From an uncultured Acidobacteriota bacterium (lineage in GTDB: Bacteria; Acidobacteriota; Thermoanaerobaculia; Multivoradales; DATKCC01), in contig CAWIQD010000024.1 in the NCBI GenBank assembly GCA_963837945.1, positions 11,469 through 75,468 on the forward strand: a stretch of 64,000 nucleotides of DNA. The letters run 5' to 3'. Position numbers and translations under genes: made by a program. Each line of letters begins with the position of its first letter. Position 1 is the stretch's first letter. Positions 50,915-61,677 of this stretch are shown here, in pieces. Below the pieces are notes generated by a model. That model was not told the DNA's origin, searched no databases, and saw only the letters and a list, made by a program, of their open reading frames with translations.

Positions 50915-51853
50915 GTGCGGGAAGCCATCGTGAACGATCAGGCGGTCCTCGAGGAAGGTCCGCGGGGGGGCGCCGCGCCGCGCGAGCTCGCCCCTCGGGT
51001 GGTCTCCTCCCCGGGCCTGCTGCGGCGCCTGATCCTGCGGGAGAGCCCCCGCAAGGTGAAGGTCAACGCCGCCCTGCGCTTCTACCACGAGGTGCTGGGG
51101 CTCGATCACTTGCACTACGGGCTGTGGAACGGCGAGCCCCGCAACCTCGAAGGGCTCAAGGCCGCCCAGCACCGCTTCTCGTGCCACCTGCGCGAGTGGA
51201 TCCCCGACGACGTGCGGAGCATCCTCGACGTGGGCTGCGGCACCGGATCGACCTCGTTGCTCCTCAAGGAGGCCGGCTTCCGGGTGGAAGGCCTGTCGCC
51301 CGACCCGTACCACCGCGACATCTTCGCCCGGCGGGTGGCGGAGCCGTTCCACCTGCGCCGGTTCCAGGAGTTCGAGCCTCCGCGGATCTACGACCTGGTG
51401 CTCATGAGCGAGTCGGCGCAGTACATCTGGCTCGATCGGATCTTCCCCGCGGTGCGGCGCTCGGGTGCGCCCGGCGGCTACCTGCTGGTGGCCGACTACT
51501 TCACCGTCAACGGCTGTCACGGAGCCCTCGCCAAGAGCGGTCACCCCCTCGACGCCTTCCTCGAGCGGGCCGAGGACTGCGGCCTCCTGCTCGAACGCAG
51601 CGAGGACGTCACCGAGGCGGTGGCGCCCACTCTCGCCCTGGCCCGGAGCTGGCTCGAGGCCTACGTCGAGCCCTGCCTGAGCATGGCCTCGGACTCCCTC
51701 GCCTCCCGTCACCCGCACGTGGCCCGGCTCGGCAGATGGCTCTTCCGGAGCCGGATCGCGAAGATGTTCGAGCTCAAGAGGCTCGTCGACTGCGAGGAGT
51801 TCCGGCGTAACAAGCGCTACTTTTTCTTGCTGTTCCGTCTGCCCCGCCGCTAA
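50915..51853 (+). CDS. Class I SAM-dependent methyltransferase
   Basis: ILDVGCGTGSTSLLL motif I; LVLMSESAQYI post-I. Confidence 0.7.
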   Translation: MREAIVNDQAVLEEGPRGGAAPRELAPRVVSSPGLLRRLILRESPRKVKVNAALRFYHEVLGLDHLHYGLWNGEPRNLEGLKAAQHRFSCHLREWIPDDVRSILDVGCGTGSTSLLLKEAGFRVEGLSPDPYHRDIFARRVAEPFHLRRFQEFEPPRIYDLVLMSESAQYIWLDRIFPAVRRSGAPGGYLLVADYFTVNGCHGALAKSGHPLDAFLERAEDCGLLLERSEDVTEAVAPTLALARSWLEAYVEPCLSMASDSLASRHPHVARLGRWLFRSRIAKMFELKRLVDCEEFRRNKRYFFLLFRLPRR

Positions 51854-51910
51854 GAGCTCAGGAACGGCGCCTCCCCGATCCAACACCTACGCTCCCGAGA
51901 TTCAGCCGTC

Positions 51911-53600
51911 ATGAGCCGATCGACGTACGCCGCCTCGCTCTTCCTCGCCGCCCTCCTGGCCATGACGGGCCTCTCCCGGGCGCAGCAGCCGCCGGCGCAA
52001 CCGTCTCCGGCTCCCGCTCCGACTGCCGCGAACGGCTCCGCGCGGGACCCGAAGGCGATCCTCGACCAGGCCGTCGCCGAGGTCGCGGCGGGCCACCTGA
52101 AGGAGGCCGTGGCACTCCTCGAGCCCCTTCGCGACCGGCCCGACACCCCGGTATCGGTGCTCGCCACCTTGGGCGCGCTCTACCTCCAGGTCAACCGGGC
52201 CGGCGACGCCTTCACGATCCTCGAGCCCATGGCCAAGGAGAAGAACGCCAACGCCGGGGTGCTCTACAACGCCGGCAAGGCCGCGGCGTTCGTCGGCAAG
52301 ATCCTCGAAGCCGAATCCTTCTACGAGCGCTCGGTCGCTCTCGAGCCGAACACGCCCGCCTCTCGGGAAGCTCGGTCTGCTCCGCGGTCAGGAGAACCGG
52401 TTCCGCCAGGCCCTCGTGCTTCTGCTGCCCTGGGCCCGGAGCCACCCGGACGACACCGAGGCGCGCCTGGCCGCGGCCTTCGCGGCGATCCGCCTCGAGC
52501 GGCCGCGAGACGCCGAGGAGCTCCTCTCGGGCCTGCCGCAGACCGATTCGCGCGTCCGCCTCGCCCAGGGCAACCTCCTGCTGCTCGAGAACGATGCCGA
52601 CGGAGCGATCACCGCTCTCCGGCCGCTGGTCGAGGGCTCGGAGGCCCAGGGGTCGAACGCTCTCGCGGACGACGCTCGCCGTCTCCTGGCCGATGCCTAC
52701 CTCGGGGCCGGCAAGCCCGAGGACGCCGTCGCCACGTTGAAAGGCCACCTGGGAGGACCTCCGTCCCACCTGACGATGGCGCGCGCCCAGTACCAGGCGG
52801 GCGATCACGAGGGGGCGATCGAGACGCTCACCCCGTTCGCCGAGCTGATCCTCCAGCACTCTCCCGACGAAGCCGACCCCCGGTGGCCGATGGCGGCCGA
52901 GGCCGCTCTGGACTACGGCCGCTGGCTGCTGGCCGCCGGCCGGGCCGGGGCCGCCGTGCCCTACTTCCGCGTGGTCACCCAGGTACGGCCCGGCGACCAG
53001 GACGCCTGGCAGGGCCTCGGGCAGGCGCTCACGGCGACCGGGGAGCGCGACGCCGGACAGAAGGCGCTCGCGAAGTCCCAGGAGCTCGCGAAGCAGGGGG
53101 GCGACGCCTCCCGGCAGGTCCCCGAGCGGGTCGCGGACCCCACCGGCGCCGAGGTCGAGCGGGCGCGCGAGCTGCTCGGCGAGGGCAAGGCCCGGGACGC
53201 GCTGCAGCTCCTCCACTCGGAGATCGTCCTCGCGCCCAGGGACGTCCGGCCCCGCCTGCTGGCCTCGAGAACCCTGCTGCTGCTGGGGCGCGCCCAAGAG
53301 GCTCTCCAGGCGGCCCAGCAGGCACTCGACCTGGAGCCGGCCAATCCGGACGCCCTCTACCAGCGGGGCACCGTCGAGATGTCCCTGAAGGACCTGGACG
53401 CCGCCGAGGCCGACCTGCGGCAAGCCCTGAAGCTCGCGCCCGACCACCTGCCGGCGATGGACGACCTGGCGGTGCTGCTCATGGTCGAGGGCAAGCGGGA
53501 CGAGGCCCGGGAGCTGCTCCGGAAGGTCCTGGAGATCCGGCCCGACGACTCCCAGGCCAAGGCGAACCTGGCCAAGCTCGAAGCGAAGAACCCGTCGTAG
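51911..53600 (+). CDS. Secreted TPR-repeat protein; apparent frameshift near 52350-52380 (ORFs 51911.. and 52416..53600)
   Basis: Both halves are TPR-like in adjacent frames. The first frame has no stop until 53617. Confidence 0.5.
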
Positions 53601-55202
53601 GTGAAGGCCCTCGGTAGAGCACGATCCGCCGGATCGCCCGGCACCCTCGAGGCGCGCAGGCCCGTGGCCCCGATCACCACGGCGGCCGCCCTGGCCGCCG
53701 CCGGCGCCTTCGCGCTGCTGCGTCTCGCCCTCGCTCCGACCTTCGAGCTCCTGCCCCAGAGCGCCTACTACTTCACGGCCTACGCCGAGCACCTGGCACT
53801 CTCCTACTACGACCATCCGCCGATGGTCGGCTGGCTGCTCCGCGCGGGAGCCGAGCTCTTCGGGCGGACGACCTTCGGCGTCCACCTCACCCTCTGGCTC
53901 GCGACGCTCGGAACCCAGCTCGCTTTTCTCTGGGTCGCCCGCCGGGTGCTGGGGCCGGCCAAGGGTGCCTTCGCCCTGGCGCTCCTCGCCTCGACCACGA
54001 TGGTCGCCCTGCTCTCCTTCGTCGCCGTCCCGGACGTTCCGCTCCTGCTCTTCTGGACCCTCGCCGTCGGAGCCCTCGACCGGGCTCTCGTCGGGGCGGC
54101 CCCGGGGGAGGACGCGGTCGGGCCGGCGCCGGGGCGACCCGGCGCCTGGCTCGCCGCCGGCCTCGCCATGGGCCTCGCGCTGCTCGCGAAGTACACGGCC
54201 CTCTATCTCCAGGGCGGCCTCGTCCTCTTCCTCCTGGTCTCGCGCCCGCACCGGCGCCTGCTGCGCACCCCCTGGCCCTACGCCTCGCTGGCGCTCGCCC
54301 ATGTCGTCTGCCTGCCGGTGTATCTCTGGAACGCGCGCCACGGCTTCGCGTCGTTCCTCTTCCAGTCGGCCGGGCGGGCGGAGGAGATCCGCTTCGATCC
54401 GGGCGACCTGCTGGGATTCCTGGCGGGCCAGGCGGCGGTCCTGCTGCCAGTGCTCTTCGTCGCCTTCCTGGTGAGCGCCTGGCGCGGCACGCGGAGGCTC
54501 GCGCCGGGCGGCGGCGCGGCGCGGGAGCCCAGAACCCTCCTGCTGCTCTGCCTCTCTCTTCCCCTCCTCGCCACCTGTGTCGTCCTCGCGCCTTTCGCCT
54601 GGGTCAAGATGAACTGGGCGATGCCGGCCTACGTCGCCGGCGTGCTCCTGGCGGCCCCGGCGATGGGGCGGCGGGCCTGGCGCTGGCAGCTCGGGACGGC
54701 GGTCGTCGTCCACCTGCTGCTCGCCGTCGAGCTGGTCGCCTACCCGGTGCTGCCGACGAACGAGGAGGCGTGGTTCGGCTGGGACGAGCTCGCGGCCCGA
54801 GTGGAGGCGCAGGCGGCGGGCCATCCCGGCGCCTTCGTCTTCGCCGGCGACAACTACCGCACGACGGCGGAGCTGCGCTTCTACGGTCCGCGCCACGGCC
54901 TGACCCGCGCCTACGGCATGGACGTGATCGGCTGGAACGCCCTGGGCTACGAGTACGTGGGGGAGGACCTCGGGGACCTGGCCGGACGCGACGCCCTCTT
55001 CCTGCGCTCCGAGCCCCTCTCCGGCCCGAGCGCCGAGACGCAGCGCTACCTGGCCCAGGCCCGGCGCTACTTCGCGGCCGTCCGGGAGGTCGAGCCGATC
55101 GCGATCCGCCGGCACGGCCGGGTCGTCCGGCGCTTCCGCGTGTTCTTCTGCGCCGGGTACCGCGGTCCGGACGCACCGCGACCGGGAGGGGGCGTCCATT
55201 GA
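53601..55202 (+). CDS. GT39/GT83-like membrane glycosyltransferase (ArnT/PMT family)
   Basis: YYDHPPMVGWL and multiple TM helices. Confidence 0.65.
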   Translation: MKALGRARSAGSPGTLEARRPVAPITTAAALAAAGAFALLRLALAPTFELLPQSAYYFTAYAEHLALSYYDHPPMVGWLLRAGAELFGRTTFGVHLTLWLATLGTQLAFLWVARRVLGPAKGAFALALLASTTMVALLSFVAVPDVPLLLFWTLAVGALDRALVGAAPGEDAVGPAPGRPGAWLAAGLAMGLALLAKYTALYLQGGLVLFLLVSRPHRRLLRTPWPYASLALAHVVCLPVYLWNARHGFASFLFQSAGRAEEIRFDPGDLLGFLAGQAAVLLPVLFVAFLVSAWRGTRRLAPGGGAAREPRTLLLLCLSLPLLATCVVLAPFAWVKMNWAMPAYVAGVLLAAPAMGRRAWRWQLGTAVVVHLLLAVELVAYPVLPTNEEAWFGWDELAARVEAQAAGHPGAFVFAGDNYRTTAELRFYGPRHGLTRAYGMDVIGWNALGYEYVGEDLGDLAGRDALFLRSEPLSGPSAETQRYLAQARRYFAAVREVEPIAIRRHGRVVRRFRVFFCAGYRGPDAPRPGGGVH

Positions 55203-55219
55203 TACCATCCCGAGCCGTG

Positions 55220-57238
55220 ATGCGCGCCGGCCGTCGTCTCCTCGCTCGCACCTTTCCCGCCTCGCTCCTGCTCGTCGCCGCCCTCGCCGCACTCGGGTGC
55301 GGCGGCCGGCGGGACCCCCTGGAGGCGGTACCCGAGGGGCGGCCGGTCGTCCTCGTCTCCATCGACACCTTGCGCTCCGACCATCTGCCGGCGTACGGCT
55401 ACGATCGGGTGGAGACCCCGGCGATCGATGCGCTCCGCGCCGACGGCATCCTCTACGAGCGGGCCTACAGCGAGGTGCCCCTCACCCTGCCCTCCCACGC
55501 TTCGATCCTCACCGGCCTCCTGCCGCCCGCCCACGGCGTGCGCGACAACGCCGGCTATCGCCTGAGCGAAGCGGTGGGGCCGACGCTCGCCCAGCGCCTC
55601 CACGACGCCGGCTACGCGACGGGCGCCGCGGTGTCGTCCTACGTGCTGCGTCACGAGACCGGCCTCGCTCGAGGGTTCGACCTCTACGACGACCACGTCG
55701 CGCCGGGGCACGAGAAGACGATCGGTGAGATCCAGCGGCCCGGGCCCGAGACGCTCCAGGCGGTGCTGCCCTGGCTGCGCTCGGCGGTCCACCGCCCGTT
55801 CTTCCTCTTCTTCCACATCTACGAGCCCCACACGCCGCGCGACCCGCCGGAGCGCTTCGCCGCCCGCTACGGCAAGACCTACGACGGCGAGGTGGCGGCG
55901 GCCGACGCGGTGGTCGGGCAGCTCGTCGACGAGCTCAAGGTCCTCGACCTCTACGACCGCTCGACGATCGTCCTGCTGGCGGATCACGGCGAGGGCCTGG
56001 GCGACCACGGCGAGGACGAGCACGGCGTGCTCCTCTACCGCGAGAGCCTGCAGGTGCCGCTGATCGTCAAGCTCCCCGGCTCGGCCGGCGCCGGGGCCTC
56101 GGTGGCCACGCCCGCCGAGCTCGTCGACGTGGCGCCGACGATCCTCGCTCTCGCCGGCGCCGAGGTGCCCGCCTCGCTCCCCGGCACCTCGCTCCTCGCG
56201 CTCGCCGAGGCGGCGCGGCGCTCGGCGGGCGACGGCGACCGAGCCGAGCCCCGGGCGCTCTACTCCGAGTCGTTCCACGCCCGGCTGCGCTTCGGCTGGA
56301 GCGGCCTGACCTCGGTCATCCGGGGCCGCTACCAGTACATCGAGGGGAGCGACCGGGAGCTCTACGACCTGGCCGCCGACCCGGGCGAGACGAAGAACGT
56401 GCTGCGCTCCGAGCGCCAGGTCTACGCCTCCCTGCGCGACGCCCTCCACGGCTTCGATTCCGAGCTCCAGCAGCCGTTCGAAGAGGACGCGGAGACACGT
56501 TCTGCCCTCGCCGCGCTCGGCTACCTGGGCGGCGTCGCCTCCGGCCCGGGCGAGGGACCGCGTGCCGACCCCAAGACCATGCTCCCGGCCCTCGACGGGC
56601 TGCGCACCGGGGTCGAGATGGTCTCGCGCGGCGACAACGAGCGCGCCGTGCCGTTGCTCCGCGAGGCGACCCGCCAGATTCCCCGCTCGATCGACGCCTG
56701 GCAGTTCCTGGGGCTGGCCCTCGACCGCCTGGGGCACGAAGAGGAGGCCCTGGCCGACTACCGGCGGGCGTTCGATCTCTCGAACGGCTCGCCGCTCCTC
56801 GCCAAGCCGCTCGCCCGGGTGTCGCTCCAGCTCGGGCACCTGGACGACGCGGTCCAGTTCCTGCGCCTGGCCGTCGACCAGGAGCCGGACGACATGGCGC
56901 TGCGCCTCCTCGAGGCCCGGACGCTCCTCGTCTCGGGCCACCCGCAGGACGCCCTCGAGGCCGCCGGCAAGGCGGTCGAGATGGCGCCCGGGTCGGCCGA
57001 CGCCCGCTACCTGCGCGGAGCCGCGGAGGTGGCTGCGGGCAAGCTCGCCGACGCGGAGCGCGACCTGCGCCAGGCGCTGGAGCTCGCTCCCGACCATCCG
57101 GCGGCGCTCAACGACCTGGCGGTGCTCCTGCTGGAGCAGGGCCGGCGCGACGAGGCCCGGAGCCTCCTCGAGCACCTGGTCCGGATCCAGCCGGGCAACC
57201 AGGCCGCGCGCCGGGACCTGGCCTATCTCGAGCGCTAG
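55220..57238 (+). CDS. Sulfatase-like hydrolase/transferase + TPR lipoprotein, paralog 3
   Basis: Lipobox LGCGG. VVLVSIDTLRSDHLPAYGY...EVPLTLPSHASILTG...LADHGEGLGDHGE. Confidence 0.6.
   Translation: MRAGRRLLARTFPASLLLVAALAALGCGGRRDPLEAVPEGRPVVLVSIDTLRSDHLPAYGYDRVETPAIDALRADGILYERAYSEVPLTLPSHASILTGLLPPAHGVRDNAGYRLSEAVGPTLAQRLHDAGYATGAAVSSYVLRHETGLARGFDLYDDHVAPGHEKTIGEIQRPGPETLQAVLPWLRSAVHRPFFLFFHIYEPHTPRDPPERFAARYGKTYDGEVAAADAVVGQLVDELKVLDLYDRSTIVLLADHGEGLGDHGEDEHGVLLYRESLQVPLIVKLPGSAGAGASVATPAELVDVAPTILALAGAEVPASLPGTSLLALAEAARRSAGDGDRAEPRALYSESFHARLRFGWSGLTSVIRGRYQYIEGSDRELYDLAADPGETKNVLRSERQVYASLRDALHGFDSELQQPFEEDAETRSALAALGYLGGVASGPGEGPRADPKTMLPALDGLRTGVEMVSRGDNERAVPLLREATRQIPRSIDAWQFLGLALDRLGHEEEALADYRRAFDLSNGSPLLAKPLARVSLQLGHLDDAVQFLRLAVDQEPDDMALRLLEARTLLVSGHPQDALEAAGKAVEMAPGSADARYLRGAAEVAAGKLADAERDLRQALELAPDHPAALNDLAVLLLEQGRRDEARSLLEHLVRIQPGNQAARRDLAYLER
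57002..57232 (+). repeat. Direct repeat copy A (231 bp, the 3' end of paralog 3)
   Basis: ~97% identical to 57770-58001. Confidence 0.85.
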
Positions 57239-57350
57239 AAGCCGACGAGGCCCAGCTCGTCCAGACTATCCTCGCATCCCCAAAGGCAAGCGTCGGTCCT
57301 CGTAGTTTCGCAGGGTAGCGTCCAAGGCGCTCAGGAAGCGCTGCTGCCCG

Positions 57351-57707
57351 TCAGTTGCACCCGATATCCACGTATTGGGTTTCGTTGTCCCCGAAGTAAT
57401 CTCCGTGCCTGATGTTTCCGCGAGAGGCAACCAGAAAGATTTTGTGGTGTCCTGCGGGCAACTGCTTGGAGGTCGTCTCGCCCCCGGAGAAGCCGTTGGC
57501 ACCATCGTCGAATGTCCAGGCGTAGGTTTCGACCTCACCAGTCGTACAGCTGGCGTCGAGAGCGCAGTACCCGCCGCACGTGCATGCCACATCGAAGCAG
57601 GCCGTGATGCCTCCACTTGCTTCTGCCGGCGACGGCGCGCTGGCTGACAGCACCAGAATCGAAAGGGAGGACAAGAGAACGAGAAGAACTGAGCGCTTCA
57701 TTGGCAT
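57351..57707 (-). CDS. Small secreted Cys-rich protein (118 aa) encoded in a low-GC insert
   Basis: Signal peptide MPMKRSVLLVLLSSLSILVLSASA. The mature part has 7 Cys (CFDVACTCGGYCALDASC...DIGC). Local GC ~55% versus ~70% elsewhere. Confidence 0.4.
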   Translation of the reverse strand: MPMKRSVLLVLLSSLSILVLSASAPSPAEASGGITACFDVACTCGGYCALDASCTTGEVETYAWTFDDGANGFSGGETTSKQLPAGHHKIFLVASRGNIRHGDYFGDNETQYVDIGCN

Positions 57708-57769
57708 TGTCTCCTAATGTAGTTAACTATGTCTTTCATTATACACGCACTCATGGGGGAAAAGTCAAG

Positions 57770-58001
57770 GCCCGCTACCTGCGCGGAGCCGCGGAGGTGG
57801 GTGCGGGCAAGCTCGCCGACGCGGAGCGCGACCTGCGCCAGGCGCTGGAGCTCGCTCCCAACCATCCGGCGGCGCTCAACGACCTGGCGGTGCTCCTGCT
57901 CGAGCAGGGCCGGCGCGACGAGGCCCGGAGCCTCCTCGAGCACCTGGTCCGGATCCAGCCGGGCAACCAGGCCGCCCGCCGGGACCTGGCCTATCTCGAG
58001 G
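57770..58001 (+). repeat. Direct repeat copy B (duplicated 3' end of the paralog 3 gene, not attached to a full gene)
   Basis: Encodes ...YLRGAAEVGAGKLADAERDLRQALELAPNHPAALNDLAVLLLEQGRRDEARSLLEHLVRIQPGNQAARRDLAYLEGH. Confidence 0.85.
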
Positions 58002-58028
58002 GCCACTGAGGCTGCGCACCGGGCCGGC

Positions 58029-59901
58029 CTACTTCGCCCGGTCCACCGGCGACTCCTCCCAGGGGCTCCGCACCGGCTTGCCCTGCTCGTAGAGCGTGAG
58101 CCACCGGTGGTTGCGCGCGATCACCTCGGGGCGCCCGCGCGGCTCGATCTCTCCGAGCACGCGACGCTGCCAGGCGACGGCTTCGGCGAATCGGCCCGCC
58201 TCGGCGTACGCCATCGCCACCGTCTCGGCGCGCTCCTCGTTCGGCTCGCGACGGAAGGCGTCCTCGGCGAGCCGCACCGCCTCGGCTCCGTCGCGGGCCG
58301 CCGGGTCGGGGGCGGTCGCCAGCAGCCGGCCGAGCAGATGGGAGAGGACCAGGTTGCCGGGCAGGGCGACGAGATCGCTCTCGAGCGCCTTGCGGGCGTC
58401 GACGTACTCGCCGCCCAGGATCAGGGCCATCGCCCGCCCGAAGCGGGTGTCGGCGTCCTCCGGCGCCAGCTCCACGACCCGGGAGAAGCTCCTGGGCCGC
58501 CGCGCGAAAGCGGCCCAGGCGGCCCAGGAGCTTCGCGAGCTCGAGGTGCGCGGCCCGGGAGTCGGGCAGGAGCTCGGTGGCCCGCCGGAAGTGCGCGGCC
58601 GCGCCCTGGGAGTCGCCCGTCTGATCGAGGGCGCGGGCGAGATCGAGCTCGGCCTTCCCGGTGAGCTCGACCTCGTCCGGCCGGAGCTGGCCGAGAAGCG
58701 CCTCGAGCTCCTGGGCGGCGCGCGGGAGCTCGGCCGCGCGAAGCAGAGCCTCGGCCCACCGCAAGTGGGCGGCGTGGTCGAGCGGATCGATCTCGACCGT
58801 CTTGCCGTAGTGCTCGGCCGCCTCCTGCCACCGGCCCTCCTCCGCCAGGGCGCTCGCCAGGTTGTACTGGGCGTTGCGGTAGGCGGGGTCGAGCTCGATC
58901 GCCTTCTCGAACCGCTCGACGGCCTCGTCCCTCCGGCCGGCCTGGATCAGTGCGGAGCCCAGGTTGTACTGGTTCACGGCGTCGTCCGGAGCGACCTCGA
59001 CCGCCTTGCGGTACTCGCGGAGGGCAATGTCCAGGAGCCCCTTTTGGAGCGCGTTGTTGCCCCGTTTCGCGTGGATCGCGGCCCCCTTGAGAAGGCCGCT
59101 GAGCTGATCCATACGGGGGTCGGAGAAGCGCGCGTCATGGCCGTGGGCGAGAGCCAGGTGCTCTTTCGCGCGGGCCAGATCGCCGGTGTCGCGGTACGCC
59201 ACGCCGAGCTGGTACTGGATGGCGTCGGCCGACGGCTGGAGCTCGAGCGCCCTCTCGAAGAGCGTGATCGCGTCCCCCGGCTGCTTCCGCCGCACGGCGA
59301 CCGTGCCGAGACCCTGGAGAGCCGCCGCCGATTTCGGCTGGAGCTCCAAGGCCGCCCGGTAGCTCTGCTCGGCTCCGTCGAGCTCGCCCCGCGCGAGCTG
59401 TACCTGGCCGAGGCGGATCAGGGTCGCCACGTCGGGCCCCAGGTCGCGCGCCCGGGCGAAGCTCGCTTCGGCCTCCTCCATGCGGCCTTGGCGCCGGTAG
59501 AGGAAGCCCAGGTAGTACGGCCACGAGGGGTCAGCGGGGGCCAGCCTCTCGGCGTCGGCGAGCGCCGGCTCGGCGGCGTCCGCCAGGTCGTAGAGCAGGT
59601 ACAGGCTCCCCATCCGCCCGTAGGCGGCCGCCAGCTCGGCGTCGGAAGCGTTCCCCGTAGCGACCCGTTCCGCGAGATCCTGGCGCTCGATCCGGAGCTG
59701 CTCCTGGTCCTCCGGCTCGAGGTTGCCGATCGGCGGCGCGGGCACCGGCTCGAGGCCCGGCCGCGGCGGGGCCAGCGGGGTGGCGGCCTCGCCGGCGGCA
59801 ACGCGCGGAGCCTCCGGGGCCTGGTCGCCGGCCACCGCCCGGGCCGCGGAGAGGGCGAAGACGAGGAACGGGACGAAGGCCGCGGCGCAAAGAGCCCTCA
59901 T
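58029..59901 (-). CDS. Secreted TPR-repeat protein; apparent frameshift near 58480-58520
   Basis: MRALCAAAFVPFLVFALSAARA signal. TPRs continue in the adjacent frame (58029..58475). Start overlaps the FG-GAP gene stop (ATGA). Confidence 0.5.
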
Positions 59902-61674
59902 GGCGCCGGCGCCCCGCCGCCCTCGTAGAGCGTCGCGTAGCGCCCGGCCTCGAGCCGCGTCCATTGCTCGCTCCGCCCGTCGGGCCAGTCCACCCGCAAC
60001 CCGGTGACGTCGGCGGCTCCACCCGCCTTGGGGCCCAGGCCGAAGAGCACCCGCGGATCGTTCGAGGAGCCGTAGCTGCCGCAGGTCCTCGCCTCGCGGT
60101 AGAGCGTGGGCGCGCCCTTCCGGTAGAGGACGGCGCGCGCGCCCAGCATGTCGCGCACGCCACCCCCGCCGCCGGCCGCTCCGACCAGGCGCAGGCCGAG
60201 CCAGGGCTCGTCCTGGGCGACCTGGTCGACGAGGAGGCGCGCGGGGCCGGCGCTGTTGGCGACCAGGAGGTCCGAGTCGCCATCCTCGTCCACGTCGCCC
60301 ATGGCGACGCCGCGGCTCACCTCCGAAAGCCGGAAGACCTTGCCGGCCTCGTCCGTGACCTCCTCGAAGCGGCCGCCACCCAGGTTGTGGTAGAGGCTGT
60401 TGGTCTGGTGGAGGGCGTAGGCGTCGCCGGCGCGCACCTCGTCCCAGAGGAGCGTCACCGCCCCGTTGGCGACGAAGAGGTCCTGGAGGCCGTCGCCGTC
60501 GTAGTCGACGAGCGCGGTGCCGAAGCCGGTGAAGCGCCAGGAGGGCGTGCCCAGACCGGTCTGCTGCGAGCGATCCTCGAAGATGGCGTGCCCGTCGTTC
60601 AGGTAGACCGTGTTGGTCTCGTGCGCGAGGTGGGTCATGAACAGGTCTTCGGTGCCGTTGCCGTCGAGGTCCCCGGTCACCACCCCCATGCTCGCCTCGG
60701 GCTGGCCCATGGCGTTGACCGAGCAACCGCCCAGCAGCGCGCCGTTCTGGAAGGTGCCGTCGTGCTGGTTGAGCCAGAGCTGGTTGGGCAGGCCGTCGTT
60801 GGCCACGTAGAGGTCCACCCAGCCGTCGCCGTCGAAGTCCGCCGCCGTGGCGCCGAGCGCCGGGCCGAACTCCGACGCGATCCCGGAGCTCGCGGTCACG
60901 TCCTCGAAGGTGCCGTCGCCCCGATTGTGAAACAGACGGTCGGGCTCCGGCTCGAAGGCCGATGGGCCACAGTAGTCGCGGGCGCCCGCGGGCGTGCTGC
61001 ACGGCTTGTCGGTGGCGGCGCGGAAGTCCACGTAGTTGCCCACGAAGAGGTCCAGCCGGCCGTCGCGGTCGTAGTCGAAGAAGACCGCCGGCACGCTCCA
61101 GCGGGGGTCGTCCGTACCGCTCCTCGCGGTCGCGTCCTCGAACGTGCCGTCGCCCCGGTTGTGGAGCATCTGGTTCGAGCCGCCGTAGTTGGTGACGTAG
61201 AGGTCCACCCAGCCGTCGCCGTCATAGTCGCCGGCGGCGACCCCCATGCCGTAGCCGGTGCCCAGGGCGCCGCTCCGGGAGGTGACGTCGGTGAAGTGGA
61301 CGACCTGGGTGCCGTCGGGCGCGAGCGTAGGTGTCGTTGCGGTACAGGCGGTCGCTCAGGGGCACCGGGTACTTCGGGGGGAACGTGGCGTCGGCCACCG
61401 TCTTGCCCTTGCCGAGCATCGTGCCCTGGACCATGTAGACGTCGAGGTCGCCGTCGCCGTCGTAGTCGACCAGCGCCGCCCCCTGGCCCATCATCTCGGC
61501 GAAGTCGAGCTCGCCGGACATGCCGTTGAAGTGCACGAAGTCGAGCCCCGTCTCGGCCGCCCGGTCGACGAACAGGTCGCCCGGCGGGGAGGGCGCGGCG
61601 GCCCCGAGCAGCGCGGCGGTGAGCGGCGCGAGCAGGAGCCGGCGAAGCGGCCGGAAGACGGGGGCGCGGCGCAT
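59898..61674 (-). CDS. FG-GAP repeat / ASPIC-UnbV (CRTAC1-like) secreted protein; apparent frameshift near 61300-61330
   Basis: Repeated DYDGDGWVDLYV, DYDRDGRLDLFV and DFDGDGWVDLYV motifs. The N-terminal signal peptide part is in the adjacent frame (61222..61674). Confidence 0.6.
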
Positions 61675-61677
61675 CGA

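Noticed and set aside
57617-58009. A 130-aa ORF ending ...RDLAYLEGH
   Set aside because: It is a read-through from the low-GC insert into the duplicated 3' end of the sulfatase-like/TPR gene, not an independent gene.
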